NCBI GenBank assembly: GCA_945865635.1
Contig: CAMBEP010000032.1
Span: 16,021-40,020, forward strand
Source of the DNA: Candidatus Kuenenia stuttgartensis
GTDB taxonomy: Bacteria; Planctomycetota; Planctomycetia; Isosphaerales; Isosphaeraceae
DNA: 24,000 bases
Reading direction: 5' to 3'
Below, piece after piece: positions 1 to 8,402 of this stretch; position 1 is the first letter of the stretch; each line of letters opens with the position of its first letter. The notes under the pieces are model-generated. The model made no database searches, was not told the origin of the DNA, and worked only from the letters and a program-made list of their open reading frames with translations. A program made the position numbers and the translations under genes.

Positions 1-227
1 TGCTCAACGGTACGTGGCATTCGGGTTTTGCATGATTTGGTCATTTTTGCAAAATAGTGGAAGGATTTTGTGAAGTGTGTTTGTGCTTCATTGGGGAATG
101 GTTGGGGTGGTCAGGACATCGATGGCAGATTGCCATGCGGACCAAGAAATTCTAGTGAATTCCAAACTTTCAAGATCTTTCTGGGAGGGGTCGTTTGGTC
201 GTTGCAGGCATGGATTTTGGTAGTTAA

Positions 228-1925
228 ATGGATGAGCCGGGCATGACGAGTTCTGGGGTATGTCTGGATGATTGGCTTGACGCGACATCAAAGTTCGTGA
301 AAATGGTTTATATCGATGAAAGTGGCCCCGATGGGTCTTGGAAAATCAGGACGATTTCAAGACTTTCACAAGCATCGTTTGGTCACGGACAGTTCTCTTC
401 AGCGGATCCATTCATGAGCGACTTGACACAGAATGAAGCCGGCCCCAGGCCGATTCGATGCTCACAGTGCGGTGAGATGGTGACGTCGCTTGATTTGAGT
501 GCGAATAGTCCGCCTGCCAATTGCACGTTTATCAAGACGGAAGTGCCCTGCCCCATGGTTTCCAGTGGAGAGGAGCACCGACCACTTGAAAATCAATTGC
601 AAGTGCCAAAATCTACCGATGAAACCACATTGATCGTTGCGGATCAGACGGTGAGCTCAGAGGTGGGCGGGATGCTGGGGGATGGGTTTCCGGTTGTGGA
701 CGACCTGGTTAATAGTGAAATTGGGCAATACTGGGTTGAGGAGATTATCGGCAGAGGGTCGATGGGGCGGGTTTATCGAGCCACGCATATGTCGCTTGAG
801 CGGCCCTGTGCCTTGAAGATCATGAGCCCGGGGCTATTGCGCCGCAAACCCCTGATTCGCGATCGATTTTGGGCTGAGGCTCGTGCCGTGGCTGGCTTGG
901 TGCATCCGCATATTGTTACAGTGCATAACCTTGGCGGTGCCAAAGGGTATCACTACATTGAAATGGAATTTGTGCCGGGCGGGGTGAGTCTACGTGAGGC
1001 GGTGGTTCAAAATGGGGCCCTTGAGATTCCAAGCGCTACGGACTTGATCCAGCAAGTCTGTTTTGCGCTTGAGGCCGCACATCGGTCGGGCCTTGTACAC
1101 CGTGATGTGAAGCCTGCCAATATTTTGCTGAGTGGCGAAGGCATGGCCAAGCTCGCCGACTTCGGGCTGGTTTTGAATGTTAACGACCCATCCGAGACGA
1201 CATCGGCGGTTTCTGGCACACCGACTTTCATGGCCCCTGAACTGTTTCAGGGAATTGCCGCATCGCCTCAATCCGATATTTACGCACTGGGTGTGACCTA
1301 TTTCTATCTCTTGACTGCCCAGTTACCCTACAGTTCGGACAATGTCCGGCAATTGATTCGGATGCATCGCACTGCGGCGATTCCTAATGCGAAGGCGGTC
1401 AATCCGGATGTGCCGGAACCGATCCAGAAGATTCTCGAACGCTGCATGGCGAAAAATCCGGAGGATCGGTATTCCACGGCTGAGGAACTGGCCAGCGAGC
1501 TTGAGGACCTTCTTTTTGATTATCAGGACATTGAGTCGATTGTTCGCGATAGTCTTGAGGGCGTAAATGGTCTGGTTCAAGGCGGTTTCGACCTTTGGCG
1601 AGTCAACATGCTCTTGCCCAGAGAGCGGCTTCAGGAAGTCTATCTCGAAATTGAGCGAGGCCCGCTGGGCCAGACCAGTCTGACGGTATACTCGGTTTGC
1701 GGGCCGGCGGATCCGAACGACTATGAGTTTGTGCTGAGGCTGAACAATGATCTGCCTTATGTTGGCATATCGATTCGTGATGTGAATGGTCAGGCCATGT
1801 TCATCATGACCAGAACTTTTGACAGGGCCAGCTTGAGGTCGACAGAAATTCGAAGTACTGTCTATGAAATTGCGCGACGAAGTGACTGGGTCGAAGAACA
1901 GTTGACCAAAATGGATCTGTATTAA
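228..1925 (+). CDS. Hanks-type serine/threonine protein kinase with a non-kinase N-terminus (~170 aa) and an extra C-terminal alpha/beta-like domain (~130 aa)
   Basis: 565-aa ORF. Kinase motifs read directly: GRGSMGRVYRA (Gly loop), ALKIM (catalytic Lys), HRDVKPANILL, DFGL, GTPTFMAPE. Kinase core is approx nt 730-1510. The ATG at 228 directly follows an in-frame TAA, and downstream in-frame ATGs (e.g. 243, 303) cannot be excluded. Confidence 0.9.
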   Translation: MDEPGMTSSGVCLDDWLDATSKFVKMVYIDESGPDGSWKIRTISRLSQASFGHGQFSSADPFMSDLTQNEAGPRPIRCSQCGEMVTSLDLSANSPPANCTFIKTEVPCPMVSSGEEHRPLENQLQVPKSTDETTLIVADQTVSSEVGGMLGDGFPVVDDLVNSEIGQYWVEEIIGRGSMGRVYRATHMSLERPCALKIMSPGLLRRKPLIRDRFWAEARAVAGLVHPHIVTVHNLGGAKGYHYIEMEFVPGGVSLREAVVQNGALEIPSATDLIQQVCFALEAAHRSGLVHRDVKPANILLSGEGMAKLADFGLVLNVNDPSETTSAVSGTPTFMAPELFQGIAASPQSDIYALGVTYFYLLTAQLPYSSDNVRQLIRMHRTAAIPNAKAVNPDVPEPIQKILERCMAKNPEDRYSTAEELASELEDLLFDYQDIESIVRDSLEGVNGLVQGGFDLWRVNMLLPRERLQEVYLEIERGPLGQTSLTVYSVCGPADPNDYEFVLRLNNDLPYVGISIRDVNGQAMFIMTRTFDRASLRSTEIRSTVYEIARRSDWVEEQLTKMDLY

Positions 1926-1988
1926 GAGGGCTGGTGTCGAGCGAATCGACTTTCAGGCTTGTGCCTTTGCGATACGGAAATTCTCGAA

Positions 1989-2423
1989 ATGAACGACTTG
2001 CATGCTGCTGGTCTGATCATGGCCGCGATCGTTGCAGTCGCTGCGAGGATGCTTGGCCATTGGGAGAGGGTGCGATTGAGGTGGCCCCGTGAAGGGCCAC
2101 TCGATCGGCTATCGGACAGGCTTCGCCGAATGGGCCTTGCGATCATGTGGCTCGAAGGCTTGCTCATGGCGATTGGCTCGCAGATGCCCACCACACTAAA
2201 GGCAGATCGACTGCTTTTCGTCTCGATTTGGGCCTTGGTCGGAATTGTGGCGATTGTATTGGTGATGATCTCCATTTGTGATTCGGTGGTGCGACTGATG
2301 GCTCACCGGGTCCGATCTGCCGCAATCGCCCAGGTCTGGAATCAATGGGCAGAGAAGGCGGATCCGGATCAAATGGATGATCCAGACACAGAAGAGGCGG
2401 ATGATCCCTTTGACCAAGATTGA
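1989..2423 (+). CDS. Small integral membrane protein with an acidic C-terminal tail (hypothetical)
   Basis: The ORF-track start at 1959 is TTG, so I prefer the ATG at 1989 (MNDLHAAGLIMAAIVAV...). There are three hydrophobic segments (AAGLIMAAIVAVAARML, LAIMWLEGLLMAIG, LLFVSIWALVGIVAIVLVMISIC). The tail is DPDQMDDPDTEEADDPFDQD. It sits on the same strand, tightly packed between the kinase and the DUF1559 gene. I recognise no family. Confidence 0.5.
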   Translation: MNDLHAAGLIMAAIVAVAARMLGHWERVRLRWPREGPLDRLSDRLRRMGLAIMWLEGLLMAIGSQMPTTLKADRLLFVSIWALVGIVAIVLVMISICDSVVRLMAHRVRSAAIAQVWNQWAEKADPDQMDDPDTEEADDPFDQD

Positions 2424-2432
2424 ACAAAAATC

Positions 2433-3371
2433 ATGAGTACCACCAACTCACGTTTCCAGCCGGCCTCTCGACCGATCAGGTGCTCAATCCGGCGCGGTGT
2501 CGCATTACCGGAAGTCGTTCTAGTGGTGGTAATTATAAGTCTGGGTTTCCTGCTTTTGCTATTCCGGATGCCGCGTGGTCGCGAACAATCAAGGGCCCTG
2601 ATCTGTTTGTCGAATCTTGGTCAGATTGGTCAGGCGATTTCTTATTACTCGCAGGCCACGGGCCAGTACCCCACCAGCCCAGGCTGGGGGCCGGGGGCGG
2701 CTGGGGCTGGAACAAGTGTGCTTTGGAACTCGCGTGATACGTTACAGGTGAAAGACTTTTCCAGTATTGCGAGCCAGTTGAAGGCTAAGAAGGCAGGTGA
2801 TGGGAAGGGTTTGCCATCGGTTGTTGTGGGTCTGAGATGTCCGTCGGACAGGGTGATGGAGCCACTCACAGCCACAAATTATCGTGCCAATGCAGGCGAC
2901 GATTCCACTGGAAGGAGCGGTCCGTTTGGAATTGGCCAGGTGGTCTCGCCGAAACAGGTCGAGGCAGGCGATGGACAGGCATTCACGGCTGCATTTGGCG
3001 AGCGCTTGATCGGGAATGGAAAACCGGAATCGTCGATGGCGAACTATCAGTTGACCGAGGACTGTGCATCTGCCATTGCAGCGAGTGTTGCGACCGACAA
3101 TGAGTCGCTCTGGAAAGGCAATGCCGGGCATGACTGGTCGCGCGGCGATTGGTCTCAATCGCTTTACCAGCATGGGATAACGCCGAACTGGCGGAGGTCT
3201 GCTGTGGCAATGGAAGGCAATTGCGGGCAGATGGGGTTGTCGAGCGATCACCCCGGCGTAGTGAATTTGCTGATGCTGGATGGGTCCGCCAAAGCTTGGA
3301 GAGATTCGGTCAACCCGAAAATCTGGAGCAAGCTGGGGCGGTTCGACGACGGCCAAACCGGCTCAAATTAA
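2433..3371 (+). CDS. DUF1559 domain protein with a degenerate prepilin-type N-terminal cleavage/methylation signal
   Basis: The N-terminus RRGVALPEVVLVVVIISLGFLLLLF resembles a type IV pilin leader (G, then Glu at +5, then a hydrophobic helix). The C-terminus SSDHPGVVNLLMLDGSAKAW fits the H-x9-DG motif typical of planctomycete DUF1559 proteins. Confidence 0.85.
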   Translation: MSTTNSRFQPASRPIRCSIRRGVALPEVVLVVVIISLGFLLLLFRMPRGREQSRALICLSNLGQIGQAISYYSQATGQYPTSPGWGPGAAGAGTSVLWNSRDTLQVKDFSSIASQLKAKKAGDGKGLPSVVVGLRCPSDRVMEPLTATNYRANAGDDSTGRSGPFGIGQVVSPKQVEAGDGQAFTAAFGERLIGNGKPESSMANYQLTEDCASAIAASVATDNESLWKGNAGHDWSRGDWSQSLYQHGITPNWRRSAVAMEGNCGQMGLSSDHPGVVNLLMLDGSAKAWRDSVNPKIWSKLGRFDDGQTGSN

Positions 3372-3387
3372 ACAGATGGAGCAGCGG

Positions 3388-4455
3388 TTATTCTGAGGGT
3401 GGGCCATCACGCATTTCGGTAAGCCGTTTACGCAAGAAGCTGGCTCGAAGGACATTGCGTTCGTCAACGGCCAGGGTCTGACCGTGAATCTTTTGCAGGT
3501 GAGCGGGTTGGGTGTTGATAAATAATTCGTTGACCTGAGCGATCTCAAGATCGTCGATAAGGCCCAGATTGATTCCCATTCGCACGCTTGAGAGCAGGAG
3601 CATGGTCTCTTCGCTTGAGATGGTATGGGCTGTTTTCAAAACACCATAGGCCCGGCTGACTTGGTCGTGGAGCACTTGGCGACGCTCGGTCAAAAGGGTC
3701 TGGCGAGCTTTTCGCTCATATTCGATGAGCTGGGGGATGACGTCGGAGAGGCTTTTGATCAATTCTGGCTCACTTTTGCCCAGCGTCTGTTGATTTGAGA
3801 TCTGATAGAAATCGCCATAAGGCTGGGTGCCTTCACCGTGCAGGCCGCGCACGGAGAGGTTGATTTTTTGAAGGGCACGGAAGAATTTGTCGAGATGATT
3901 CGTCTGCCCAAGGGCGGGGAGGTGAAGCATGACACCGACCCGGATCCCGGTGCCGACATTGGTCGGACAGGCGGAGAGGTAGCCAAGTTCCTGGCTGAAA
4001 GCGATATCGAGGTGTTCTTCCAATCGGTTGTCGAGATCGTCGATCTGTTCCCAGGCTTGTAGAAGGGCGAATCCGGATCGCATGACCTGGACACGCAGAT
4101 GGTCTTCCTCGTTGACCATGATCGAGGCACTTTCGTCGTCGTTAAGTGCCACTCCGCGTGGGCCTTCGCCTTCTTTGAGCTCGCGCGAGATCAGGTGTCG
4201 TTCGACGAGGAACTGGCGGTCCAGTTCGCTCATGCGTTCGACGTCAAAGTAGTTCAGTTTGGAGTTGGATTCGCTGATTGACTCACGAATCTGGGTCACT
4301 ATCTCGCTTTTCTCGGACCGGCTGGCTTTCGAGATGAACGGGAAATCGGCCAGATTTCGCGCCAGCCTGATGCGTGAACAGATTACGATATCGCTTTCAG
4401 GACCATTTCCCTTGAGCCATTCGCCTGGAGAACGGGGCAGTTCGTCAAGTGTCAT
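3388..4455 (-). CDS. mcsB: Protein arginine kinase McsB (ATP:guanido phosphotransferase family)
   Basis: 355-aa ORF. It carries the guanido kinase active-site signature CPTNVGTGIR. The N-terminus SRIRLARNLADFPF and the overall length are typical of McsB. Its start overlaps the stop of the upstream UVR protein by 11 nt. Confidence 0.9.
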   Translation of the reverse strand: MTLDELPRSPGEWLKGNGPESDIVICSRIRLARNLADFPFISKASRSEKSEIVTQIRESISESNSKLNYFDVERMSELDRQFLVERHLISRELKEGEGPRGVALNDDESASIMVNEEDHLRVQVMRSGFALLQAWEQIDDLDNRLEEHLDIAFSQELGYLSACPTNVGTGIRVGVMLHLPALGQTNHLDKFFRALQKINLSVRGLHGEGTQPYGDFYQISNQQTLGKSEPELIKSLSDVIPQLIEYERKARQTLLTERRQVLHDQVSRAYGVLKTAHTISSEETMLLLSSVRMGINLGLIDDLEIAQVNELFINTQPAHLQKIHGQTLAVDERNVLRASFLRKRLTEMRDGPPSE

Positions 4456-4810
4456 CGCGTTGCTTCCGTTGATTCTTCCGTTCCTGCAGGCGGTCTCGCA
4501 GTTGGGCCGCCAATTCGTAATTCTGACTCACAATGGCTTGTCTGAGCTCGGCTTGCCAGCGCAGGGTTTCAAAGCGGCTTGGCCCTCGTTTCGGCCATTT
4601 TCCGACATGCAGCAGTGCGCTTTGATTGGTCTCGAAAAAGTGGGTGAGGGTTTCGCCAAAAACTTCGTAATCGAGCGGGCAACCGAGCCGTCCACCAGTC
4701 CGAAACTGCATCAAATCCTGGCCACACACGGTACATTTTGGATTCAAGGCGGCCGAGGTACTGCTTGTACCACTGTTGCCTGAGTCGGATTGAAAAGAAG
4801 CCATCCGCAT
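4445..4810 (-). CDS. mcsA: UvrB/UvrC-motif (UVR) zinc-ribbon protein, McsA-like activator of McsB
   Basis: It has CTVCGQDLMQFRTGGRLGCPLDY (Cys4-type ribbon), HVGKWPKRGP, and a UVR helix AELRQAIVSQNYELAAQLRDRLQ. It lies immediately upstream of, and overlapping, mcsB. An alternative ATG at 4804 has a better AGGA spacing. Confidence 0.75.
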   Translation of the reverse strand: MRMASFQSDSGNSGTSSTSAALNPKCTVCGQDLMQFRTGGRLGCPLDYEVFGETLTHFFETNQSALLHVGKWPKRGPSRFETLRWQAELRQAIVSQNYELAAQLRDRLQERKNQRKQRDDT

Positions 4811-4909
4811 CCTGCCTGAGTTTGGAGCCAGTTTTGGATCATGTGGGAACCGCTAACAGGATACCAGTAATGACGCACTGAGGGCGAATAAACTTGGCAG
4901 TTTTCGGAT

Positions 4910-5434
4910 TCAACTGACAGATTTGCGGGATTCCAGCTCTTTGATCTGGTCTCTTACACGCGCCGCAAGTTCATAATCTTCAGCAGCGATTGATTTTTTG
5001 AGGTCGTTGCGGAGTTGTATCAACGAAGTCTGGGTCTGCGTGTCGCGTGGCGCCCTGTGCGGCGTTTTGCCACAATGGCGGGTCTCGTCGTGAATGTTTT
5101 CCAGCAACGGCATCAATTCTTCGCGAAAAATCACATAGTCGTTCGGGCAGCCGAGCCGGCCGGTGTTTCGGAACTCCTGAAACGTCATTTTGCAGAGTGG
5201 GCAAATACGCTTTTCAGTCGCAGATTCGCTAGCTACAGCCGATTTGCCAGACTGACTGATAAACGCTTTGGCAAGCTCGCTGACATCCTTCTTGGGCTTG
5301 TCGTCGATCTCATTCGATTCCTCAAGGAAGGTCTGTGCATGGTCATGACAAAGGTGGTGTTCCTGCCAATCCCCATTCTTGTCGATGTCGGTGATGTGAT
5401 GGGTCACCGGTTTGGAGCAGCGTTCACACTTCAT
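4910..5434 (-). CDS. Second UvrB/UvrC-motif zinc-ribbon protein (longer McsA-like paralog with an extra N-terminal Cys/His module)
   Basis: Extra N-terminal module: CERCSKPVTHH...HHLCHDH. It shares with the neighbouring paralog the core CPLCKMTFQEFRNTGRLGCPNDY, HCGKTPHRAP and the UVR helix LRNDLKKSIAAEDYELAARVRDQIKELE. I prefer the ATG at 5434 (MKCERC) because the ORF-track start at 5509 would lie inside the putative promoter hexamers. Confidence 0.7.
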   Translation of the reverse strand: MKCERCSKPVTHHITDIDKNGDWQEHHLCHDHAQTFLEESNEIDDKPKKDVSELAKAFISQSGKSAVASESATEKRICPLCKMTFQEFRNTGRLGCPNDYVIFREELMPLLENIHDETRHCGKTPHRAPRDTQTQTSLIQLRNDLKKSIAAEDYELAARVRDQIKELESRKSVS

Positions 5435-5482
5435 GCTTATCTCTCGGGATATTTTCACCGCTAAGGCGATTCGGATCTTCTC

Positions 5483-5509
5483 ATTATAAGGCCAAATCTC
5501 GACAGTCAA
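5483..5509 (-). promoter_or_regulatory. Putative sigma70-like promoter for the mcsA-like/mcsB gene string
   Basis: On the minus strand, TTGACT (5509-5504) is followed by a 15-nt spacer and TATAAT (5488-5483), about 50 nt upstream of the ATG at 5434. The hexamers are strong but the spacer is short, and planctomycete promoter rules are poorly known. Confidence 0.35.
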
Positions 5510-5610
5510 CCAGCCGAAATCAGGCGAAGCCGAAATAATCGTTCAAAAACGATCGGCAACGCAGTCTCGGGCAATGCTTAATCATCGGGATTCAAAGGCT
5601 TGAACATCAT

Positions 5611-5646
5611 CAAAAAAGAGCGGCCAGGTTTGGCTCGCTCTTTTTC
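5611..5646 (-). terminator. Rho-independent (bidirectional-looking) terminator downstream of the PEP-CTERM gene
   Basis: The stem AGAGCGGCCA / TGGC(t)CGCTCT is about 10 bp with one bulge and a GGTT loop. It is flanked by an A-run (5612-5617) and a T-run (5641-5645). It lies about 65 nt after the stop at 5708. Confidence 0.65.
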
Positions 5647-5707
5647 GCGATACGCAAGTGGATCGAAAGTCGCAAAAAACCACAACGACTTCCGATCGCG
5701 ATAAACC

Positions 5708-6952
5708 TTATTCCGCTCGTCTCTTGCGGGATCGGCTACGGGCAAAAGCCGCCAGAGCGATCCCCAGACCCAATGAAATCACGGATGCTGGTTCTGGCAC
5801 ATTGGTGGTCAAAATGTATCCGACCTGATTTCCTAAGGAATCCAGCGCCGAACCTGTGATGTATTGACCACTGGTTGAGATGCCATAGGCTGTGATCAGT
5901 TTGAAGCCAGGAGCAAACGTGATCCCCCATGCAGTTGTGGCATAGTCAGACAAAAGCAGTGCGCCACTGCCCGGAACCCAGATGCTCGCACTCATATTGC
6001 TATAATCTGGGGCGGCCGTGGTTCCGTTCCATGAGGTACCCACTATCAGAGGCTGATTCCCAAAAACCGCAATGTTGTCACTAACACTACGTGCACTGGC
6101 CTGGCTGAAGCCCAACGGCAGGCTGATGTCAATCAGAGTGTCACTGATCGTGCGATCGACCAAAAAAGCATGGCTAACAACATCGGATAGATTCTTTGTA
6201 CTGGATTCACCTACCAGGAAAGTGCCGTTGGTATTGATATCAAGCACCTTGCCATAGGGATTGGTTATGGTTGAGTCCAATACACCGTTGCCGAGCTGCT
6301 GTGTGCTATTGGCAACACCGACATTGGCAATCACTGCAACGCGTGGATTGCTGGTCGCCTGACCTGAATATCCAGACGTGCCGCCCACCAGCCCCGTATC
6401 AGAAACCGCCCCTGCCCATCCAAAATTTGCTGGAGGCGACTGCCAGGATGGACCTGTGACCTGACCCAGGAGCGTGGTGTTGGTTCCGTTTGAATTCCAG
6501 GAGACCATCTGGTTCGAGCCATAACCAACGACCGAAAGACCATTCGGGCTGATCGCCGAACCAATGGCGAAGCCTAGAACTGTATTCAGGTGCGTATAAC
6601 TCTGGGTGCCCGTGTCCCAGGCCATGGCTCCAGAAGTGGAACCATTGCTGAAATAGCCTGAGGCTTTCGTGCCATCTGAGCTAATGCTCAAGGCCCTGCC
6701 CTGAACGCCCAAAGCATAGGTAGTGGCACCGGTTGTGTAGGTAAAGGCCTGTTCATTCTGGCCCAGGTTGGTGGTTCCGACTGCTACCCCATTGTTGGAA
6801 ACACCAAATCCGATAGAACCTGCATAGGCTCCAGCGGTCGGGTTTGAAACCCCTGTCGAGAAATATTCCACTTGACCTGCTTCAGCCAGCCCAGCTGGAA
6901 GTGCCGTCAATAACCCACTGATCAAGATCGAAGCAAGGCGTCGAACCATCAT
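5708..6952 (-). CDS. Secreted HAF-family repeat protein with a PEP-CTERM sorting signal
   Basis: N-terminal signal peptide MMVRRLASILISGLLTALPAGLAEA. Repeated Gly/Ser/Thr-rich units carry AF/HAF cores (EQAFTY, SHAFLVD) and ...S(I/V)S.(D/N)G...VG. The C-terminus is VPEPASVISLGLGIALAAFARSRSRKRRAE (PEP motif, TM helix, basic tail). A GAGG sits 9 nt upstream of the ATG. Confidence 0.85.
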   Translation of the reverse strand: MMVRRLASILISGLLTALPAGLAEAGQVEYFSTGVSNPTAGAYAGSIGFGVSNNGVAVGTTNLGQNEQAFTYTTGATTYALGVQGRALSISSDGTKASGYFSNGSTSGAMAWDTGTQSYTHLNTVLGFAIGSAISPNGLSVVGYGSNQMVSWNSNGTNTTLLGQVTGPSWQSPPANFGWAGAVSDTGLVGGTSGYSGQATSNPRVAVIANVGVANSTQQLGNGVLDSTITNPYGKVLDINTNGTFLVGESSTKNLSDVVSHAFLVDRTISDTLIDISLPLGFSQASARSVSDNIAVFGNQPLIVGTSWNGTTAAPDYSNMSASIWVPGSGALLLSDYATTAWGITFAPGFKLITAYGISTSGQYITGSALDSLGNQVGYILTTNVPEPASVISLGLGIALAAFARSRSRKRRAE

Positions 6953-7147
6953 GACAAAACCTCAACTATATTTGTGGACAAGGCTGCGAAAGATCAATCT
7001 CATCACGCAGTGACTTTCAAACCCGCATTACTAAAGATTCTAACCCCAAACATAACAGAAGACCACAACCGGAATCTCAATAGGGTGTAATTTGAACGGA
7101 ACGGATGGATTTGTTCAACAGCGTTGTAAAATGGAAACACCCAACCG

Positions 7148-8392
7148 CTACAGGCGTTCCAAGAGGCAGACTTCGACGTGGCCACCAAAACCAGCCACTA
7201 TTTTCAGGATATTGTCGATACGCTTCACGATCGGCACAGGACCAACAGGGCAACCAGGTGGATCAAACTCCAAAGTGCCATCATGGGCAAATGGCGGAAG
7301 TATCCCCTCTCTCAGTGATTCGCAACAAATGGCCAGCTCGACCGCACCAGCCGCTCCCAGACAATGCCCAATCTGGGTCTTGGATGCCAGCATAAACGCC
7401 GCCTGGGCCTGATTTGCGAGCGATCTCGAAACGGCCGCAGCTTCCAGAGGATCGTAGACTCTGGTTGCCGTGGCATGCAGGTGGACCGCTTCGATTTGCA
7501 CAGGATCAAGACACTGATGCACCACCTGACGGATCACCCGACTCAGTACATCCGACGAATCGTGTGGCCTGGTGGGATGATAAGCCTCGGCGCCTGCCGC
7601 CATGCGATCAATCTTCGCGATCGCCGTCCGGCCTGATCGAGTGACGTCTTCCGCTCGTTCCAGAACAAAAATTGCCCCACCTTCGCCGATCAGGAATCCG
7701 TTGCGGCGAGAGGACCATGGCCGAACCCAGGTTTCAGGCGACTCACCTGGAAAACTTGGTCCAGCCAACGACTTCATCCGCGTAAAAGCCGCATAAATCA
7801 AAGGTTCCAGTGAGGCGTCCGCCGCCCCTGCGAGAACAATATCGCAAGAGCCATGCTTCAAAAGCGCAGCAGCGTGCCTCAGAGCGGTCAGTCCGGTGGC
7901 GCAGGCTGTGATGGGCGCCAGAATTGGCCCTGTCGTGCAGTATCTTGAGGCGATGAATGAAGAGCCCGCCGACGGTGCGGCTACGGCCCATCCAAGCTTG
8001 CATGCAGCTACATCGCCTTGCATGGCCGAAGGATTCCCGGCCCAGCGGCTTTGCAGACGCACAGCTCCCTTGGAAAGCCCAACCACCACCGCGACGCGGG
8101 TCGGATCCCACTTGAGCGGATCCAGTGACGCGTCTGCCAAGGCTTCGTCGGCGGCCGATCCCAGAAGATTAAAAACCGGATCGGGCCAGTCTGGATCCAA
8201 ATCCTGGTCCAGAACTGTCACAGGATATCCGGCCCATGCCTGCTGGCCGTGCTGCTTGGAGTCCCAATGGCCCTGACCTACGGCATTCTCCCCAGCGCAG
8301 AGCCGCTGGAAAGTTGCCCTTCGACCCCAACCCAAGCTTGTGACCAGCCCTACGCCTGAAATCACGACGGATGAGAGGTTTGAATCCTGCAT
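7148..8392 (-). CDS. Divergent beta-ketoacyl-ACP synthase of the KAS I/II (FabB/FabF) type
   Basis: Active-site Cys in ITACATGLTALRHAAALLKHG. His motifs HLHATATRVYD (equivalent to HGTGT) and KTQIGHCLGAAGAVE. Also RPWSSRRNGFLIGEGGAIFVLE and a C-terminal GFGGHVEVCLLE. The ORF-track start at 8455 is GTG and overlaps bioB by 53 nt, so I prefer the ATG at 8392, 10 nt after the bioB stop. Confidence 0.85.
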   Translation of the reverse strand: MQDSNLSSVVISGVGLVTSLGWGRRATFQRLCAGENAVGQGHWDSKQHGQQAWAGYPVTVLDQDLDPDWPDPVFNLLGSAADEALADASLDPLKWDPTRVAVVVGLSKGAVRLQSRWAGNPSAMQGDVAACKLGWAVAAPSAGSSFIASRYCTTGPILAPITACATGLTALRHAAALLKHGSCDIVLAGAADASLEPLIYAAFTRMKSLAGPSFPGESPETWVRPWSSRRNGFLIGEGGAIFVLERAEDVTRSGRTAIAKIDRMAAGAEAYHPTRPHDSSDVLSRVIRQVVHQCLDPVQIEAVHLHATATRVYDPLEAAAVSRSLANQAQAAFMLASKTQIGHCLGAAGAVELAICCESLREGILPPFAHDGTLEFDPPGCPVGPVPIVKRIDNILKIVAGFGGHVEVCLLERL

Positions 8393-8402
8393 CAGGCCGC
8401 CA

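Noticed and set aside
88-291. 67-aa minus-strand ORF at the window start
   Set aside because: It overlaps the kinase start region and has Pro/Gln-rich non-protein-like composition. There is no supporting signal.
3369-3390. Convergent DUF1559 and mcsB stops only 16 nt apart; looked for a shared bidirectional terminator
   Set aside because: No stem-loop or T/A tract is present in or around the gap. This is a tight convergent junction, and I claim no feature.
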